From: an uncultured delta proteobacterium
GTDB taxonomy: Bacteria > Desulfobacterota > Binatia > UBA9968
Reading direction: 5' to 3'
Assembly: GCA_963760795.1 (NCBI GenBank)
Contig: CAVXEP010000001.1
Coordinates: 1-64,000, forward strand
DNA: 64,000 nt
Part shown: piece after piece, positions 18,247-27,998 of the stretch
Numbering within the stretch: the first letter of the stretch is position 1
How the letters are laid out: each line of letters begins with the position of its first letter
Notes under the pieces: generated by a model
The model's input: only the letters and a program-made list of their open reading frames with translations
The model's database searches: none
Told to the model about the DNA's origin: nothing
Made by a program: the position numbers and the translations under genes

Positions 18247-18410
18247 AATTGGAGAATTGAAATGCTGGAATACTGCCGGCGTGGGTTCCATTATCTCACT
18301 CGGCAACTAACAGTAAGCCAATGAGCGGTCTTGGGCCAACGGAGATGCAGTTCAACGGCTGGAATTTTTGAATGGTGTGAGCCTTTTGTCATGCTTGGAG
18401 CAATCAGCCT

Positions 18411-19373
18411 ATGAGTCCCGTGCAAGATTCCATTCATACGGCCGGCGCTGAGAACATACTGCGCCGTCTCGAGTGGACGGTGCTCCGACGCCTGGACGGG
18501 CTGCTGCACGGCAACTATCAGACTCTGTTTCGCGGTTTCGGGCTCGATCTCGCCGATCTGCGCGAGTATCAGTATTACGACGATGTTCGCTACATCGATT
18601 GGAACGTCACCGCTCGTCTCCAGACGCCTTACGTGAGGGTCTACAACGAAGACCGGGAAGTGATGGCCTGGTTCCTGCTCGACTTGAGCCCGTCCGTGGA
18701 CTTTGGCGCCCGCGTGAAGAAGCGTTCCGTCTCGACTGAATTCGTCACCGTGCTGGCGCGGCTCCTGACTCGTCACGGCAATCGCGTCGGCGCGCTCTTC
18801 TACGGCGACAGCGTGGATACGGTGATTCCGGCGCGCAGCGGCCGGCGCCACGCGCTGCATATTTTGCATAGAATCCTTTCCCGGCCCGAGCCGTCGCGCT
18901 CGGCGCCGACCAACCTGGGCGATTTTCTCCAGACCGCTCTGCGCGTCATGCAAAGACGCTCGCTGGTTTTCGTCGTCTCCGATTTCATCAGCACGCCCGG
19001 CTGGGCCAAGCCGCTCGCGCATCTCGCGCGACGCCACGAGATCATCGCCGTGCGGCTCTACGACCCATTGGAGATGGAGTTGCCCGACCTTGGAATGATC
19101 ATGATGCGCGACGCCGAGACCGGCGAACAATTATTCGTCGACACCCACGATCGCACTTTCCGCAAGCGCTTCGCGGTTTTGGCCGAGCGCCGCGAGCAGG
19201 AGCTGCGTTCGGCGTTCACCCAGGCCGGCGTCGACGCGCTGGAGTTATCGACCAACGATGATTTGGCAAATGCGATTCTCCGCTTCGCCGATTTGCGCAA
19301 GCGGCGCAGCCAGTTGGCCGGCGGCGGACTGCCGCAGCATTTGAGAGGGAGCCATGACGTTTCTCTGGCCTGA
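18411..19373 (+). CDS. DUF58 domain protein
   Basis: REYQYYDDVRYIDWNVTAR, DLSPS, VVSDF; follows moxR. Confidence 0.88.
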   Translation: MSPVQDSIHTAGAENILRRLEWTVLRRLDGLLHGNYQTLFRGFGLDLADLREYQYYDDVRYIDWNVTARLQTPYVRVYNEDREVMAWFLLDLSPSVDFGARVKKRSVSTEFVTVLARLLTRHGNRVGALFYGDSVDTVIPARSGRRHALHILHRILSRPEPSRSAPTNLGDFLQTALRVMQRRSLVFVVSDFISTPGWAKPLAHLARRHEIIAVRLYDPLEMELPDLGMIMMRDAETGEQLFVDTHDRTFRKRFAVLAERREQELRSAFTQAGVDALELSTNDDLANAILRFADLRKRRSQLAGGGLPQHLRGSHDVSLA

Positions 19374-20397
19374 GATGCTCTGGCTGCTGCTGGTCGTGCC
19401 GGCAGTCGTGGCCGGCTATTTCTATCTATTGCGCCGCAAGCAGCAGAGCGCGCTCAAATATGCGAGTTTGAGCATGGTGAAGGACGCGATGGGCGCGGGC
19501 CAGAGATTTCGCCGCCACATCCCGCCGCTGCTGTTTTTGCTGGCACTGATCGCAATGCTCGTCGCCGTCGCCCGTCCCGCCGCCGTGATCACCTTGCCGT
19601 CGCAACACCAAACCATCATCCTCGCCATGGACGTCTCCGGCAGCATGCGCGCCGTCGACGTGCAGCCCAATCGCATTAGCGCGTCCCAGGCCGCGGCCAA
19701 AGCCTTCGTCGCCGAGCAACCATCCAACGTACGCATCGGCGTGGTGTCCTTCGCCGGAACGGCGGCGGTCGTGCAGGTACCCACGCATAATCGCGAAGAC
19801 ATCATCGGCGCCATCGATCGCTTCCAACTGCAACGCGGCACCGCCATCGGCAGCGGCATCATCGTTTCTCTCGCGACCATTTTCCCCGATGCTGGCATTG
19901 ACGTGAGCTCGTTGATCTACGGGCGTTACCCGCCACGCGGCATGCCGCTCGACCAGACCGGCAAAGCGGAAAAGAAAGAGTTCAAACCGGTAGCGCCCGG
20001 CTCCTACGCCTCTGCCGCGATCATTTTGCTTACCGATGGCCAGCGGACCACAGGCCCCGACTCCATGGAAGCGGCGCGGATGGCCGCCGACCGCGGCGTG
20101 CGCGTCTTCACCGTCGGATTCGGCACCAAAGGCGGCGAGACCATCGGCTATGAAGGCTGGTCCATGCGCGTGCGCCTCGACGAGGACACGCTCAAAGCGA
20201 TCGCCGACTTGACCCGCGGCCAATATTTTTACGCCGGCACAGCTACCGATCTAAAAAAAGTCTACGAGTCCCTCAACTCCAAATTCTTGCTCGAAAAGAA
20301 GAATATGGAAATCTCCGCCCTCTTCGCCGCCGCAGCGGCAGTCACCGCGCTGGTCTCCGCGCTGCTCTCGTTGCTATGGTTCAACCGCACCCTGTAG
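19354..20397 (+). CDS. BatA-like VWA domain membrane protein
   Basis: MTFLWPEMLWLL BatA start, DVSGSM MIDAS motif, GTAIG, LLTDG, C-terminal TM. Confidence 0.88.
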   Translation: MTFLWPEMLWLLLVVPAVVAGYFYLLRRKQQSALKYASLSMVKDAMGAGQRFRRHIPPLLFLLALIAMLVAVARPAAVITLPSQHQTIILAMDVSGSMRAVDVQPNRISASQAAAKAFVAEQPSNVRIGVVSFAGTAAVVQVPTHNREDIIGAIDRFQLQRGTAIGSGIIVSLATIFPDAGIDVSSLIYGRYPPRGMPLDQTGKAEKKEFKPVAPGSYASAAIILLTDGQRTTGPDSMEAARMAADRGVRVFTVGFGTKGGETIGYEGWSMRVRLDEDTLKAIADLTRGQYFYAGTATDLKKVYESLNSKFLLEKKNMEISALFAAAAAVTALVSALLSLLWFNRTL

Positions 20398-20401
20398 GCC
20401 G

Positions 20402-20482
20402 CCGCGAAAAGAAGTTATCGACGACCGTTTCTTAAAAAAGCTGGATGAAGAGGGGTTCGTGCAGTAGTTGATGAGGCGGTAA
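20402..20482 (+). pseudogene. 3'-end remnant of an NMT1-type SBP gene
   Basis: Reads KEVIDDRFLKKLDEEGFVQ*LMRR*; 20441-20481 matches 15967-16007 at 38/41 nt. Confidence 0.7.
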
Positions 20483-20538
20483 GGTGGACGATGTCAGAGC
20501 ACGCCGTCCCATGTCGTAGCGCATCACCTGTGGAAGGT

Positions 20539-21564
20539 ATGACTATGTTGCACAGCAGAATTTTTGCTTATGCGGTCTTTCTCTGGTTGATTTCAGCCGT
20601 TCATGCCTGGTCGGCCACCGCGCCGACCAGAGTCGTGGTCGGCTACGCGGCGATGAATGGCCGGGTGGCGCCATTGTGGATTGCCGATGAGCAGGGCTTT
20701 CTTGCCAGAAACGGCCTCCAGGCCGACCAAGTTTATATCCGCGGCGCGCCGCTGCTCGTCGCGGGTATGGCATCCGGGGACATTCAATTCGGCCGCAGCG
20801 GCGGCAGCGCGACGCTGGCGGCGGTGGGCGCCGGCCATGATTTCAAAATCGTCGCGACCTTTTCCAGCCGCAATAGCTATGACTTCATCGCCCGGCCCAA
20901 CATCAAGCGCCCGGAAGATTTGCGCGGTAAAAAAATCGCGCTCAACAGCATCGGCGGCACCGGTTGGATGGGTGTGCTCTTTTGGCTCGAACATTTGGGC
21001 CTCGATCAAACCCGCGATCAGATCAGCATGCAGGTGCTCGGCGATCAACCGATCATGATGCAAGCCGTCGAGACCGGCATCGCCGACGCCGCCGCGCTCG
21101 ACGGCGTGTTTAGCAAAATCCTGAGGCAGAAAGGCTTCACGGTCCTCGGCGAATCCGCCAACCTCGCTCAACGGACCGTCGGCCAGGCGATGGTCGTGCC
21201 GCAAGCCTTTCTCAGCCAACGCCCCGACATCGTAGAAAACTATCTCAAGGCGGAAATCGAAGCGTTAGCCTTTGCCGTCGCACCGAAGAACAAGGCCACG
21301 GTGATAAAAACTATCATGAAAAGGCTCAAGGCCAACGCCAACGACGCCGAGGAAGGCTATCAAGACCTGCTGAAAGGCGTCGACCGCAAACCGTTCCCGT
21401 CGCTGGACGGCTTGCGCAATGTGCAGCGAATGCTGAAAACGCGCAATCCAAAGATCGGCGAGATCAAGACCGAGGATGTGATCGACGCGCGCATCATGCG
21501 CAAGCTGGATGAGTCCGGCTTCATCGACCGGGCTTACGCGGCGCAGGGGGTGAGTCTGAAATGA
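20539..21564 (+). CDS. ABC transporter substrate-binding protein, NMT1/SsuA-like
   Basis: Signal peptide, APLWIADEQGFL, DLRGKKIA, RKPFPS, LDESGFID. Confidence 0.85.
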   Translation: MTMLHSRIFAYAVFLWLISAVHAWSATAPTRVVVGYAAMNGRVAPLWIADEQGFLARNGLQADQVYIRGAPLLVAGMASGDIQFGRSGGSATLAAVGAGHDFKIVATFSSRNSYDFIARPNIKRPEDLRGKKIALNSIGGTGWMGVLFWLEHLGLDQTRDQISMQVLGDQPIMMQAVETGIADAAALDGVFSKILRQKGFTVLGESANLAQRTVGQAMVVPQAFLSQRPDIVENYLKAEIEALAFAVAPKNKATVIKTIMKRLKANANDAEEGYQDLLKGVDRKPFPSLDGLRNVQRMLKTRNPKIGEIKTEDVIDARIMRKLDESGFIDRAYAAQGVSLK

Positions 21565-21691
21565 CCTATTGTGGGTCTTTGAGCGCCGGATAGGAGATCA
21601 GTCAAAATGTCCCCGCCTATTCTTGAGGTGTTACCCCTGTGTAGATGCCCGGCTACCTTAAAATCTCGCCTGGCCTTATACGAGGCGGATT

Positions 21692-23104
21692 ATGCATAGC
21701 ACGCTTAATTTGCTTGGGTTTCTGCCAAGGTCTTCAATTGGAATCCTCCGCCGGTTTAGACAGCAAAAACACACAAAATATTTGCTCGTCTTATTTATGG
21801 CGGCGTGTGGTTACCCAGAACGTCCCACGGTCATATCCATCTCTAATCTAGGGACTTTTCGGCCTGCTAGCCCTCGGGATATAAAATCGGTTGAGCAGGC
21901 GCTGGCAGCGATAATCACGGTTTGTCGCGATGATTTAAAGTTTCCGCCGGTGCAGACCTTCGAGGCTAATCTTTATAAGAATTCCCAGTCGTTTGCGTCC
22001 TATGGCGTTGACTGGCGCATGTTTCCGACGGATGTCGCGCGTATGACGGCATTTGCTCGTGGGTCGAAGATCCATGTCGATTTACAGAAGGTCAATGATG
22101 ATACGGGATGGGCCGCTTTCACATGGTTACTTGCTCACGAAATTGGTCACACAATTCACCACGAAGTTAGCGGTGTCATTCCGCTGAGCGATCCTTGGTT
22201 CAATGAAGGATTTGCGGAATGGGTGGCTGCCAAAGTTTTTGACGCACTAGCTTGGCAAGATTATAGTTACTCAATATCTAAAGTCACAAACGAGTCAGCC
22301 AGACATCTTAATATTTTGCCGCATTTACCCACACTGCGTGATCGTAATGCGTGGAACCGAATTTTGACAGGTAATTACGGAACGCTTCGAACTTATTCGC
22401 TGGGTTTGGTGGCTGTTGATCGGCTGTTGCAAAGAAAGAAACTTGATTCCGCAATACCATTATTGAGTGCCAACACGTTTAATGAGGCATTGGGTGGTTC
22501 CTATGAAGAATTTGATCAAGACCTGAGGAGGCACTTGTCCGGTCAACAAAAACAATCAAACACATTCGAAGTTGTTCATTCGCCCCGCTGGAATGTCGGC
22601 GATCGTTGGACTCACGAACTGCGGCGCCCGGGGCATATTGCTCTCGCAGACAGAGAACTCGTCCGTCTGGATTCCTTCGTTGGAATTCCTTCTTATGTGG
22701 TCAAAAGCGGTGACGAAGAATCTTACTTCTCGACAGAAGCATTGTCTTTGGTGGCAAGGAAACAAAGTGGAGAATACACTTACCGAATTTCCAACATGAA
22801 CCGATTAATATCGTGGCCTTTGCAATCAAATAAAGAATGGCCGAGCCGTTTTACATATAAGGACGCTGAGGTTCGGGCTGCGCGCTCGGTGAACGTGTTG
22901 ATGCGAGTAGTTGGTGCCGAGAATGTTACTGTCAAAGCTGGCCAATTAAAAGCGGTGAAGATTGAAGCATATGGCTACAACAGCGGGCGGCTGAGCGCGG
23001 AATTTTGGTATTCTCCCGAATCCAAGTGGTTTGCGAGATCCCGGATTAATTCTCGTGATTTCGGTCTGATCGAAGAAGAACTCGTGAGATTCAAATTCCG
23101 GTAG
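21692..23104 (+). CDS. AT-rich putative gluzincin metallopeptidase lipoprotein with C-terminal beta domain
   Basis: AHEIGH plus WFNEGFAEW (HExxH...E); FMAAC lipobox-like; C-terminal WNVGDRW...VTVKAG...FWYSPE; visibly AT-richer than flanks. Confidence 0.65.
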   Translation: MHSTLNLLGFLPRSSIGILRRFRQQKHTKYLLVLFMAACGYPERPTVISISNLGTFRPASPRDIKSVEQALAAIITVCRDDLKFPPVQTFEANLYKNSQSFASYGVDWRMFPTDVARMTAFARGSKIHVDLQKVNDDTGWAAFTWLLAHEIGHTIHHEVSGVIPLSDPWFNEGFAEWVAAKVFDALAWQDYSYSISKVTNESARHLNILPHLPTLRDRNAWNRILTGNYGTLRTYSLGLVAVDRLLQRKKLDSAIPLLSANTFNEALGGSYEEFDQDLRRHLSGQQKQSNTFEVVHSPRWNVGDRWTHELRRPGHIALADRELVRLDSFVGIPSYVVKSGDEESYFSTEALSLVARKQSGEYTYRISNMNRLISWPLQSNKEWPSRFTYKDAEVRAARSVNVLMRVVGAENVTVKAGQLKAVKIEAYGYNSGRLSAEFWYSPESKWFARSRINSRDFGLIEEELVRFKFR

Positions 23105-23269
23105 TTCCTTTGGACAGGTGATCGGACAAAGAACGCTGTTACGGCGGCTTGGGCATTGGGCTTACTCACCACGCGCAGAATCGTTGAGCTTCACCATGAT
23201 CGTACCGAGTATAACGGATAATCGTCACTTACATTACGACAACGACAGTCATTTACCACCTTTAGACCT

Positions 23270-24970
23270 TCAAGAGTTATTCGCACTGGATTGTTCGTTG
23301 TCACAGCGCTCGCCCGTGATCATGTCACGATTGGCCCCGCCCGGCGGCACCATGGGGTAAACATTTTCATCGCTGGCGATCGGCACGTTGATGAGGCAAG
23401 GGCCGGGATGGCGCAGCGCTTCGGCGATGGCCGCGGCCGGGTTCTCTGTTTGTCCGATGTCCACGGCGCTCACGCCAAAACCGCGGGCGATCGCGACGAA
23501 GTCCGTATGGCTTTTGAGGTGAGAAGCATGATAGCGGCCGCCATAGAAGAGTTGTTGCTGCTGGCGCACCATTCCCAAGTGAGAGTTGTTGAGCAGGATA
23601 ATTTTGACCTCGACGCCTTCTTCCGCGGCGGTGGCAAGCTCGTGCAGGTTCATGAGCAAGCTGCCGTCGCCGCTGAAACAAGCGACCGTGCGGCCAGGAC
23701 ATGCGAGTGCCGCGCCGATGGCGGCGGGGAGGCCAAAGCCCATGGTGCCCAGGCCCCCCGAAGTAAGCCATTGGCGTGGCCGCTTGAATGGATAGGCTTG
23801 CGCCACCCACATCTGGTGCTGCCCCACGTCAGTCGTGACGATGCTGTCGTCGGGCAACAAAGAGGCGACGGTGCGGACAATGCCATAAGGCCGCAGAGGA
23901 TCGTCCGCGCCGGGCATCGCCAACGGATAGCACGCGCGAACCCTGTCGATATGTTGCGTCCACTGGCAACGCCTATTCGCCGCGATCATCGGTATCAGAG
24001 CGGCCAGCGCATCACCGACATCGGCCACCAGCCCCAAGCTCGGCTGCTTGATCTTGCCCAGCTCGCTTGGATCGATGTCGATGTGGAGGATCTTGGCGCG
24101 AGGACAGAACTCCGCAGCTTTGCCAGTAGCTCGGTCGTCGAAGCGTACTCCGAGGCCGACCAGCAGATCGCATTCGTCGAGCAACATGTTGGTAAAGCGC
24201 GCCGCATGCATGCCAACCATGCCAAGGAAGAGGGGATGGTCATGAGGCAACGCGCCCAGAGCGAGCAAAGTGGCGGCCGCTGGAATGGAAGCCTTTTCCA
24301 TCAAGCGACGCAGATCTTTCGATGCGCCCGCCGCGATGATTCCGGCGCCGATCAACAGCAGCGGTTTTTGCGCCGCATTGATCATGGCGGCAGCGCGAAG
24401 CAGATCGTCGGCGGCGCACAGCGGCGGCGGTTCGGCTCGTCCGGGCTCGGGAAGCAAATCCACGTCGACCAGTTCGGTCTGCACGTCCTTCGGAACGTCC
24501 ACCAGCACGGGCCCCGGTCGGCCGGACGCCGCGATACGAAAGGCATCGGGAATGACGTCGCGCAATTCCAGGGCGGAACGGACCAAAACATTATGTTTGG
24601 TAATCGGCAAGCTGAGCCCAAAGGTGTCGACCTCTTGGAAGGCGTCGGTGCCGATCATGTTGCGGGGAACCTGGCCGGTAATCGCCACGAGCGGAATCGA
24701 ATCCAACTTGGCATCGGCGATGGCTGTGAGCAGGTTGGTGGCGCCGGGCCCCGAGGTGGCAAGGCACACCGCCGGCCGGCCGGTGACCCGTGCCATTCCC
24801 TGTGCGATGAATCCCGCGCCTTGTTCGTGACGCGCCAATATATGGCGAATCGAACTGGCTTGCAGCGCATCGTACAGGGGTAGGTTCGCGCCGCCGGGGA
24901 TGCCGGCAATTGTTGAGACGCCTTGGCGCTCCAGGAGCGCGGTAATGAGTTGGGCACCTGTTAGTTGCAT
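23270..24970 (-). CDS. ilvB: Acetolactate synthase large subunit
   Basis: GIPGGANLPLYD, RHEQGAGF, ATSGPGATN, GTDAFQE, DVGQHQMW, GGLGTMGFG, GDGS..NN, VYPMVPPG. Confidence 0.93.
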   Translation of the reverse strand: MQLTGAQLITALLERQGVSTIAGIPGGANLPLYDALQASSIRHILARHEQGAGFIAQGMARVTGRPAVCLATSGPGATNLLTAIADAKLDSIPLVAITGQVPRNMIGTDAFQEVDTFGLSLPITKHNVLVRSALELRDVIPDAFRIAASGRPGPVLVDVPKDVQTELVDVDLLPEPGRAEPPPLCAADDLLRAAAMINAAQKPLLLIGAGIIAAGASKDLRRLMEKASIPAAATLLALGALPHDHPLFLGMVGMHAARFTNMLLDECDLLVGLGVRFDDRATGKAAEFCPRAKILHIDIDPSELGKIKQPSLGLVADVGDALAALIPMIAANRRCQWTQHIDRVRACYPLAMPGADDPLRPYGIVRTVASLLPDDSIVTTDVGQHQMWVAQAYPFKRPRQWLTSGGLGTMGFGLPAAIGAALACPGRTVACFSGDGSLLMNLHELATAAEEGVEVKIILLNNSHLGMVRQQQQLFYGGRYHASHLKSHTDFVAIARGFGVSAVDIGQTENPAAAIAEALRHPGPCLINVPIASDENVYPMVPPGGANRDMITGERCDNEQSSANNS

Positions 24971-25028
24971 GGGAGCTCTCCTATGTGGATTTGCTCCCTG
25001 CGCGGCTTGCGGAGACGGTGGGTGGGCC

Positions 25029-25071
25029 AAAAAAACAAAACCCCCGTCGGCCATCGCGCCGGCAGGGGTTT
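25029..25071 (-). terminator. Attenuator terminator upstream of ilvB
   Basis: Minus strand AAACCCCTGCCGGC-GCGATG-GCCGACGGGGGTTT followed by TGTTTTTTT. Confidence 0.8.
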
Positions 25072-25095
25072 AAAAAATTGTTTACAATTTTCCCG

Positions 25096-25194
25096 CTACG
25101 ACGCGAAAGCCTCGTTTACTAAGACGACTACGACTACGAAATGCAAAGGCCGCGCCTTTAACGCAAGCGGCTTGTAAGTCTCAGCGGTGAACAT
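25096..25194 (-). CDS. ilvB leader (attenuator) peptide, 32 aa
   Basis: Hand translation gives MFTAETYKPLALKARPLHFVVVVVLVNEAFAS*; Val/Leu run just before the terminator. Confidence 0.8.
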   Translation of the reverse strand: MFTAETYKPLALKARPLHFVVVVVLVNEAFAS

Positions 25195-25553
25195 GATTGG
25201 AAACTAGCATCAAATCGATCGCGCCGCAAATCGGAGTGATTTATTCGGGCTCAGCTCTTGCCCGGTAGTGTAAGTTCGAGACGGAACCAAGCTCGACGAT
25301 CTCTATTGCCACCATGAAAAATAAAGGAGACGGCGGCAGTGCAACGCTAATTCAATCTGTCTTGGCGATTCGCGCAGTTGCCAAAGTCCGAGCTTGTTCA
25401 ATTGATACGGTCCACATGAGACGTGGAGTGAGTAAGCGACTGCGACTCGTTCCGCCGCCGGAACAGAGCTTTGATTGCTGCGGGCTCGTGAGTATATGCT
25501 CCTATCTAAGCAATCCGCTTGGAATCATCGGCACGCTAGTTCTGGCCAGCGAA

Positions 25554-26629
25554 TCAACTTCCTTTCGCCTTGCGTGCCGCCGCGATGTCGCCTTCGCTCA
25601 AGCGATAGAACCTTACCGGGTTGTCGCAGAGCATTTTCTTTTTGAATTCATCGGTCAGGTCTTTGCGCGCCTTTAGCGTCGGCAGGTCGCCGCCGAACTG
25701 GTCGCGTTCGCGCTCGTGGGGGAAGTCGGAGGCCCACATGATGACGTCATCGCGCAGCAGTTTGACGACGTAAGGCGCGGTGCGTTCTTCGACTTCCATG
25801 GTGACAAAGATATTGCCGCTTTCAAAAAAATGGCTCGGTGGATGTTTCAAGCTGCGGCGCCAGGCGGGCGGCGAACTTTTCGTAGTCCTCTTCCATGCGA
25901 TCCATCATGAACGGCACCCAGCCGGCGCCGGCTTCCAAGTAGGCGACGCGCAGCTTGGGAAATTCCTGGAACACGCCTTGAAACATCATGTTGGTGATGT
26001 GGAGAAACAGGCCGACGGGATGTTCCAACATGTGGGCTTCGAGAAAGCTGCCGACGCGGTCGAGGCCGAGAGTTTTGGCTGACGCCGCCGTGGATCGTCA
26101 GCGGCACGTCGAGTCTTTGCGCTTCATCATAGATTTCGTGAAACAGCGGCGAACCGTACAGCGGCGTGCGGTTGTTGGTGGCCGACGGCAACAGGCCGGC
26201 GACAAAGCCAAGTTCTTTGACGCAGCGGCGCAGTTCCAGCGCGGCGGCTTTGGGATCTTGCGGCGCGAGCAGGGCGACGCCTTTCAAGCGCGGCGATTGA
26301 CTCATGAAGCGATCGTAGAGCCAGTCGTTGTAACCCTGCGCCAGCGCGGAAGCCCAGGCGGGTAGTTGAATCATGCCCAACGCCAGCGCCGAAGTGGGGT
26401 AGAGCACCGCCATGTCGATGCCATGCTCGTCTTGAAATTTTATCCAGCGCTCGGCGTCGGGATCTTCGCGCTTGCCTTTGCGCGCCAAGCCGCGCTGCCA
26501 GCCGTCGGCGTCAAACATCGGCCAAGTCGAGTGCCAGTTCATCTCGGCGAAGTTGCCTTTGATGTGGGCAAAGATATCTTTGTGGTCTTCCATGATGTGG
26601 CCGTCGGCGTCGATGATAAATTCTGCCAT
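25554..26629 (-). CDS. Amidohydrolase_2 family enzyme, split by two +1 frameshifts
   Basis: IIDADGHIME...ELRRCVKELGF...IHG / FPKLRVAYLEAGAGW / WASDFPHE...DNPVRFY across three frames; extra bases near 26071 and 25851. Confidence 0.8.
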
Positions 26630-26684
26630 AGTCCCTATCTCCTAGCGTTTTCTATTATGTCGGTGTAAAGCGAAGATTCTATTT

Positions 26685-26770
26685 ACCACGAAGGCACGAA
26701 GGACACGAAGCTCGGAGAACTTTTTCCTGGTTCTTTATCTTACCTTCGCGATCTTCGTGCCTTCGTGGTG
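26685..26770. repeat. Periodic palindromic element, 8-9-nt unit CACGAAGG
   Basis: accacgaagg-cacgaagga-cacgaag ... cttcgcgat-cttcgtgc-cttcgtggt. Confidence 0.75.
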
Positions 26771-26801
26771 AGATGTCCCTATTCCAAGTCCGTGGTTGAA
26801 C

Positions 26802-27809
26802 TCACTGCATGAAGATTTTCTGATATTCTTTCTTCTTGGTTTCGAAGTCTTCTTTGGTGAACTGGTACATCTGCACGAACTTGATCTTGTCGGCGTCTTG
26901 GAGTGGCGGATAGACGCCCTTGCGGTTGACGAACTCGCCGGTGTCGGCCTGAATTTTCATGCTCTCCTCGTCGAGGAAGAAATCGATAAAGGCTTTGCCG
27001 GCGTTGGGCCGCGGCGCTTTGGCGGCGATGTTGATGTACTGCCCGTCGCCGAGCATGTTGTAGTCGCGGATGTAGTCGAGATTGGCGCCTTGTTTGTTAT
27101 AGGTCAAAACGAAGCGCGCGAAGGTGATGCCGATGGGAACCTCGCCGCTGCCCACCTTGTCGGCCGCCGGCACGATCGACTCGGCGAACAACGGTTTGGC
27201 CGCGGCGAGGTCGCGGACAAATTTCTCGACGCGTTGCTTGGGCATGATTTTGTCCAAACTGGCGAGCCACTGGGTGGTCAGCGTATGGGCGACGGGGTGG
27301 GGCATGACCAGTTTGCCGCGGAACTCCGGTTTGACGATGTCTTCGAGAGTCTTGGGATACTCGCCGGCCTTGAGTTGGTTTTTATTGTAGATCACGCCGT
27401 ACATGATGTTGCGGTAGCGGGCGCCCAAGAGCGGGTCGATGGCTTCTTTGGCGAATGCTTTGAGCGAGGGCGAGTCATATTTGCCGATGGCGCCTTCGTT
27501 CGCCATCAACCGCATGTGGTCGCCGGTGATCGCGACCACGTCGAATCCCGGTCTGCCGACGCGGTGTTCGCTGAGGACGCGATCGAGCACTTCCGTCGAG
27601 CCGCCGCGCCAATATTCCATTTGCAGTCCGGTCTTTTTCTCGAAGGCGGCTTTAATGGCGTCGGCGGTGAAGGTTTCCATGGAGGTGTAAAGAATGATCT
27701 TGCCGCCTTCTTTCTTCGCCGCGGCGATTGACTGCGCCGATTGACCGAAGGCGGATGGCCCGTTTGCCAGGACTAAGCAACCGATAATTAGCGCTGCAAT
27801 TGTTCGCAT
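26802..27809 (-). CDS. Extracellular solute-binding protein (Fe3+/polyamine/thiamine-type)
   Basis: AAKKEGGKIILYTS, AFEKKTG, YNKN, PKTLED, GEVPIG, APRPNAGKAFIDFFL. Confidence 0.85.
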   Translation of the reverse strand: MRTIAALIIGCLVLANGPSAFGQSAQSIAAAKKEGGKIILYTSMETFTADAIKAAFEKKTGLQMEYWRGGSTEVLDRVLSEHRVGRPGFDVVAITGDHMRLMANEGAIGKYDSPSLKAFAKEAIDPLLGARYRNIMYGVIYNKNQLKAGEYPKTLEDIVKPEFRGKLVMPHPVAHTLTTQWLASLDKIMPKQRVEKFVRDLAAAKPLFAESIVPAADKVGSGEVPIGITFARFVLTYNKQGANLDYIRDYNMLGDGQYINIAAKAPRPNAGKAFIDFFLDEESMKIQADTGEFVNRKGVYPPLQDADKIKFVQMYQFTKEDFETKKKEYQKIFMQ

Positions 27810-27923
27810 CGGAAATTCCTTTCACATGACACAATCACTGCTCGACAGCGAGATTTATATGGTCCGGTCGCGGTGGAGTCAAGGTCGGGTAGTGGTTCAA
27901 TTTGGATTCGACGACGCGTCGCC

Positions 27924-27983
27924 GTAGGGGCAGATCTGGGTGTCTGCCCTCTCGGACGGGCGACCACACAGGGTCGCCCCTAC
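27924..27983. repeat. GTAG-type REP doublet (REPIN-like)
   Basis: GTAGGGGCAGATCTGGGTGTCTGCCC ... GGGCGACCACACAGGGTCGCCCCTAC inverted pair. Confidence 0.75.
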
Positions 27984-27998
27984 AGGAATGCGACGGAA

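Noticed and set aside
24971-25054. ORF-track N-terminal extension of ilvB
   Set aside because: It runs through the attenuator terminator. The real start is ATG 24970 after an AGGAG RBS.
25314-25676. 120-aa + strand ORF
   Set aside because: No recognisable motif or RBS, and its 3' third is antisense to the amidohydrolase. It cannot be supported as a gene.
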